Source: Massalongia carnosa (Eukaryota). Taken from it: DNA of 64,000 bases. Under the pieces are notes generated by a model. It searched no databases. It was not told where the DNA came from and worked only from the letters and a program-made list of their open reading frames with translations. Positions 62,644 to 64,000 of the stretch are shown in pieces. The position numbers and the translations under genes were made by a program. Numbering within the stretch: position 1 is the first letter of the stretch; each line of letters opens with the position of its first letter. The stretch is from positions 2,604,001-2,668,000 of the forward strand of contig OZ287068.1 in assembly GCA_965645245.1 (NCBI GenBank). Direction: 5' to 3'.

Positions 62644-64000
62644 GGGGCTTAGCTGACTTGTAGAGCAACGCAAAGTACAGAGTACGAAGTACTCCGTAGA
62701 GCTTTGTCTTTCTGTTGACTCATTCCAGCAGTGCTAAAGTTGGAGGAATTGTGCTGAAACCCTCCCTCGATGTTACATATACGATATGTCCTTTCATCTA
62801 AATCTGTGGCCGAGTCATGTAGTTATCAGGCGTGCTATCACGGAGTCATGTTTGATGAGTACCTAGTACGGATGCGACCCGGCCTTAAACACAGGACCGC
62901 TGGAGCCCACTTGGGAGAATCTTTACTGATCCCATACCCCCAGCTCACTCACCAGTTGCCATAACCACCCATAAATTCTTTGAAGTTCCAGATGGCTTTT
63001 GCATGGAAGGCTTCAGGCCTAACGTATGCTGTGGTGTATCAACCTTCGACCAAGCTAATCATTCTTAGCTTCAACCGATACCTTGCCATCACCGCCCGAG
63101 TAGTCCGACGCTCCCTCAAAGAACAACCACGGTTACAAGCAGAGAGAAGAGGGGAAATGGAATTGAGGTTTGCGAAATGGACAGTTAGTCTATGCGCTCA
63201 AACGGTAACACACGGAGAATAAATTAACTAAATTTGTGTAGAATGGCAAGCAAGGCGAGAATAAAAGTCTAGCGGCTGCGAATGCCGCGGCGATGGCGGA
63301 GGGAGCTGGTCAAGCCCAGCAATGAAGCGTCTTTACTGCCTTCAGTGATTTAAAGGCAACTTTAGCTATAGTCTAGAGGGGCTGTATATATTGGGGGATG
63401 TCGGTGTGGAAACATGGGGGTATAAGAAGTAGGCATAGTTAGCGCTTGCACTTAGACTTGTGTACCAGCTTTCATGAATGGCACTCCGCTTTTATGGACC
63501 TAAAAACTACTCACATTCTTCGAAAGTCCAAATGGATGCCATCAATAATATAAGTTATGTAGAAGAAGGTAATAAGCTAGAGTTCTCCCTCATTCAACAG
63601 CTTCATCTAAACTACCAACCCGCCGTCATGACAGCAACATCCCACCCTCATATTGTGGAGGAGCAACAAAATGCGGACACTATCAAATTTACAGGCCGAA
63701 AAGAAGAATCCCATCGAGTGCTGAACAAGGACGCGTTAGCTCTAGACATTACAAGCAGGTTCAGGTCTGCGGCATCCGGTTTGAGTTTATTTCCTTCTCC
63801 ATTGACTACATCAGGACTGATTATGTGATAGCATTGCAAACGGGTCGGCTTGTTAAGGATGCATTTTTCACTCTATTTGAGGCTGTGGGAGCGCTGGAGG
63901 TATTTATTAAATCTCGCGCTGGACATATTACAGTACCGGTGGGAATATCTGATGACTGAGGGAACTCCGTAGATCATGGACCCAAAAATGGATAGCGGAT

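Larger units (their letters stand above)
59467..62656. mobile_element. MITE-like host element (~550 bp when empty) carrying two nested transposons
   Basis: The left arm tcggctaagccccttcgggttaac is the inverted match of the right arm gctaatccgaaggggcttagctga, which is restored only after removing the second transposon. Confidence 0.55.

Noticed and set aside
63478..63828. 116-aa ORF near the window end
   Set aside because: No recognisable motifs or splice context.

Overview
Eukaryotic, intron-containing DNA from a filamentous ascomycete (GT-AG introns with CTRAC-like branch sites, Pezizomycotina-type genes). Conserved genes lie at both ends of the window: an aldo-keto reductase (partial), SelO/Fmp40, an Old Yellow Enzyme, a CAP protein, a SPATA20/YyaL-like protein and an MFS transporter on the left, then a large seven-WSC secreted protein, RPC82, QCR2 and an epoxide hydrolase on the right. 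Between them (~13-39 kb) is a gene-poor, accessory-looking region. Main points: (i) an intronless 968-aa ORF fusing a SesA/HeLo-like fungal N-terminal domain to a degenerate Hsp70 with a repeat tail; (ii) a spliced chimera of zinc finger, bHLH and a C-terminal membrane domain; (iii) a hydrophobin-like 8-Cys protein visible only after splicing; (iv) two tandem Tc1-like transposons with CACGCGGGTG termini and 5-bp/4-bp non-TA target duplications, nested in a MITE-like element; (v) a TA-flanked Tc1 relic with CpC-biased mutation; and (vi) several pseudogenes. All family calls come from motif recognition by eye; no database searches were run.
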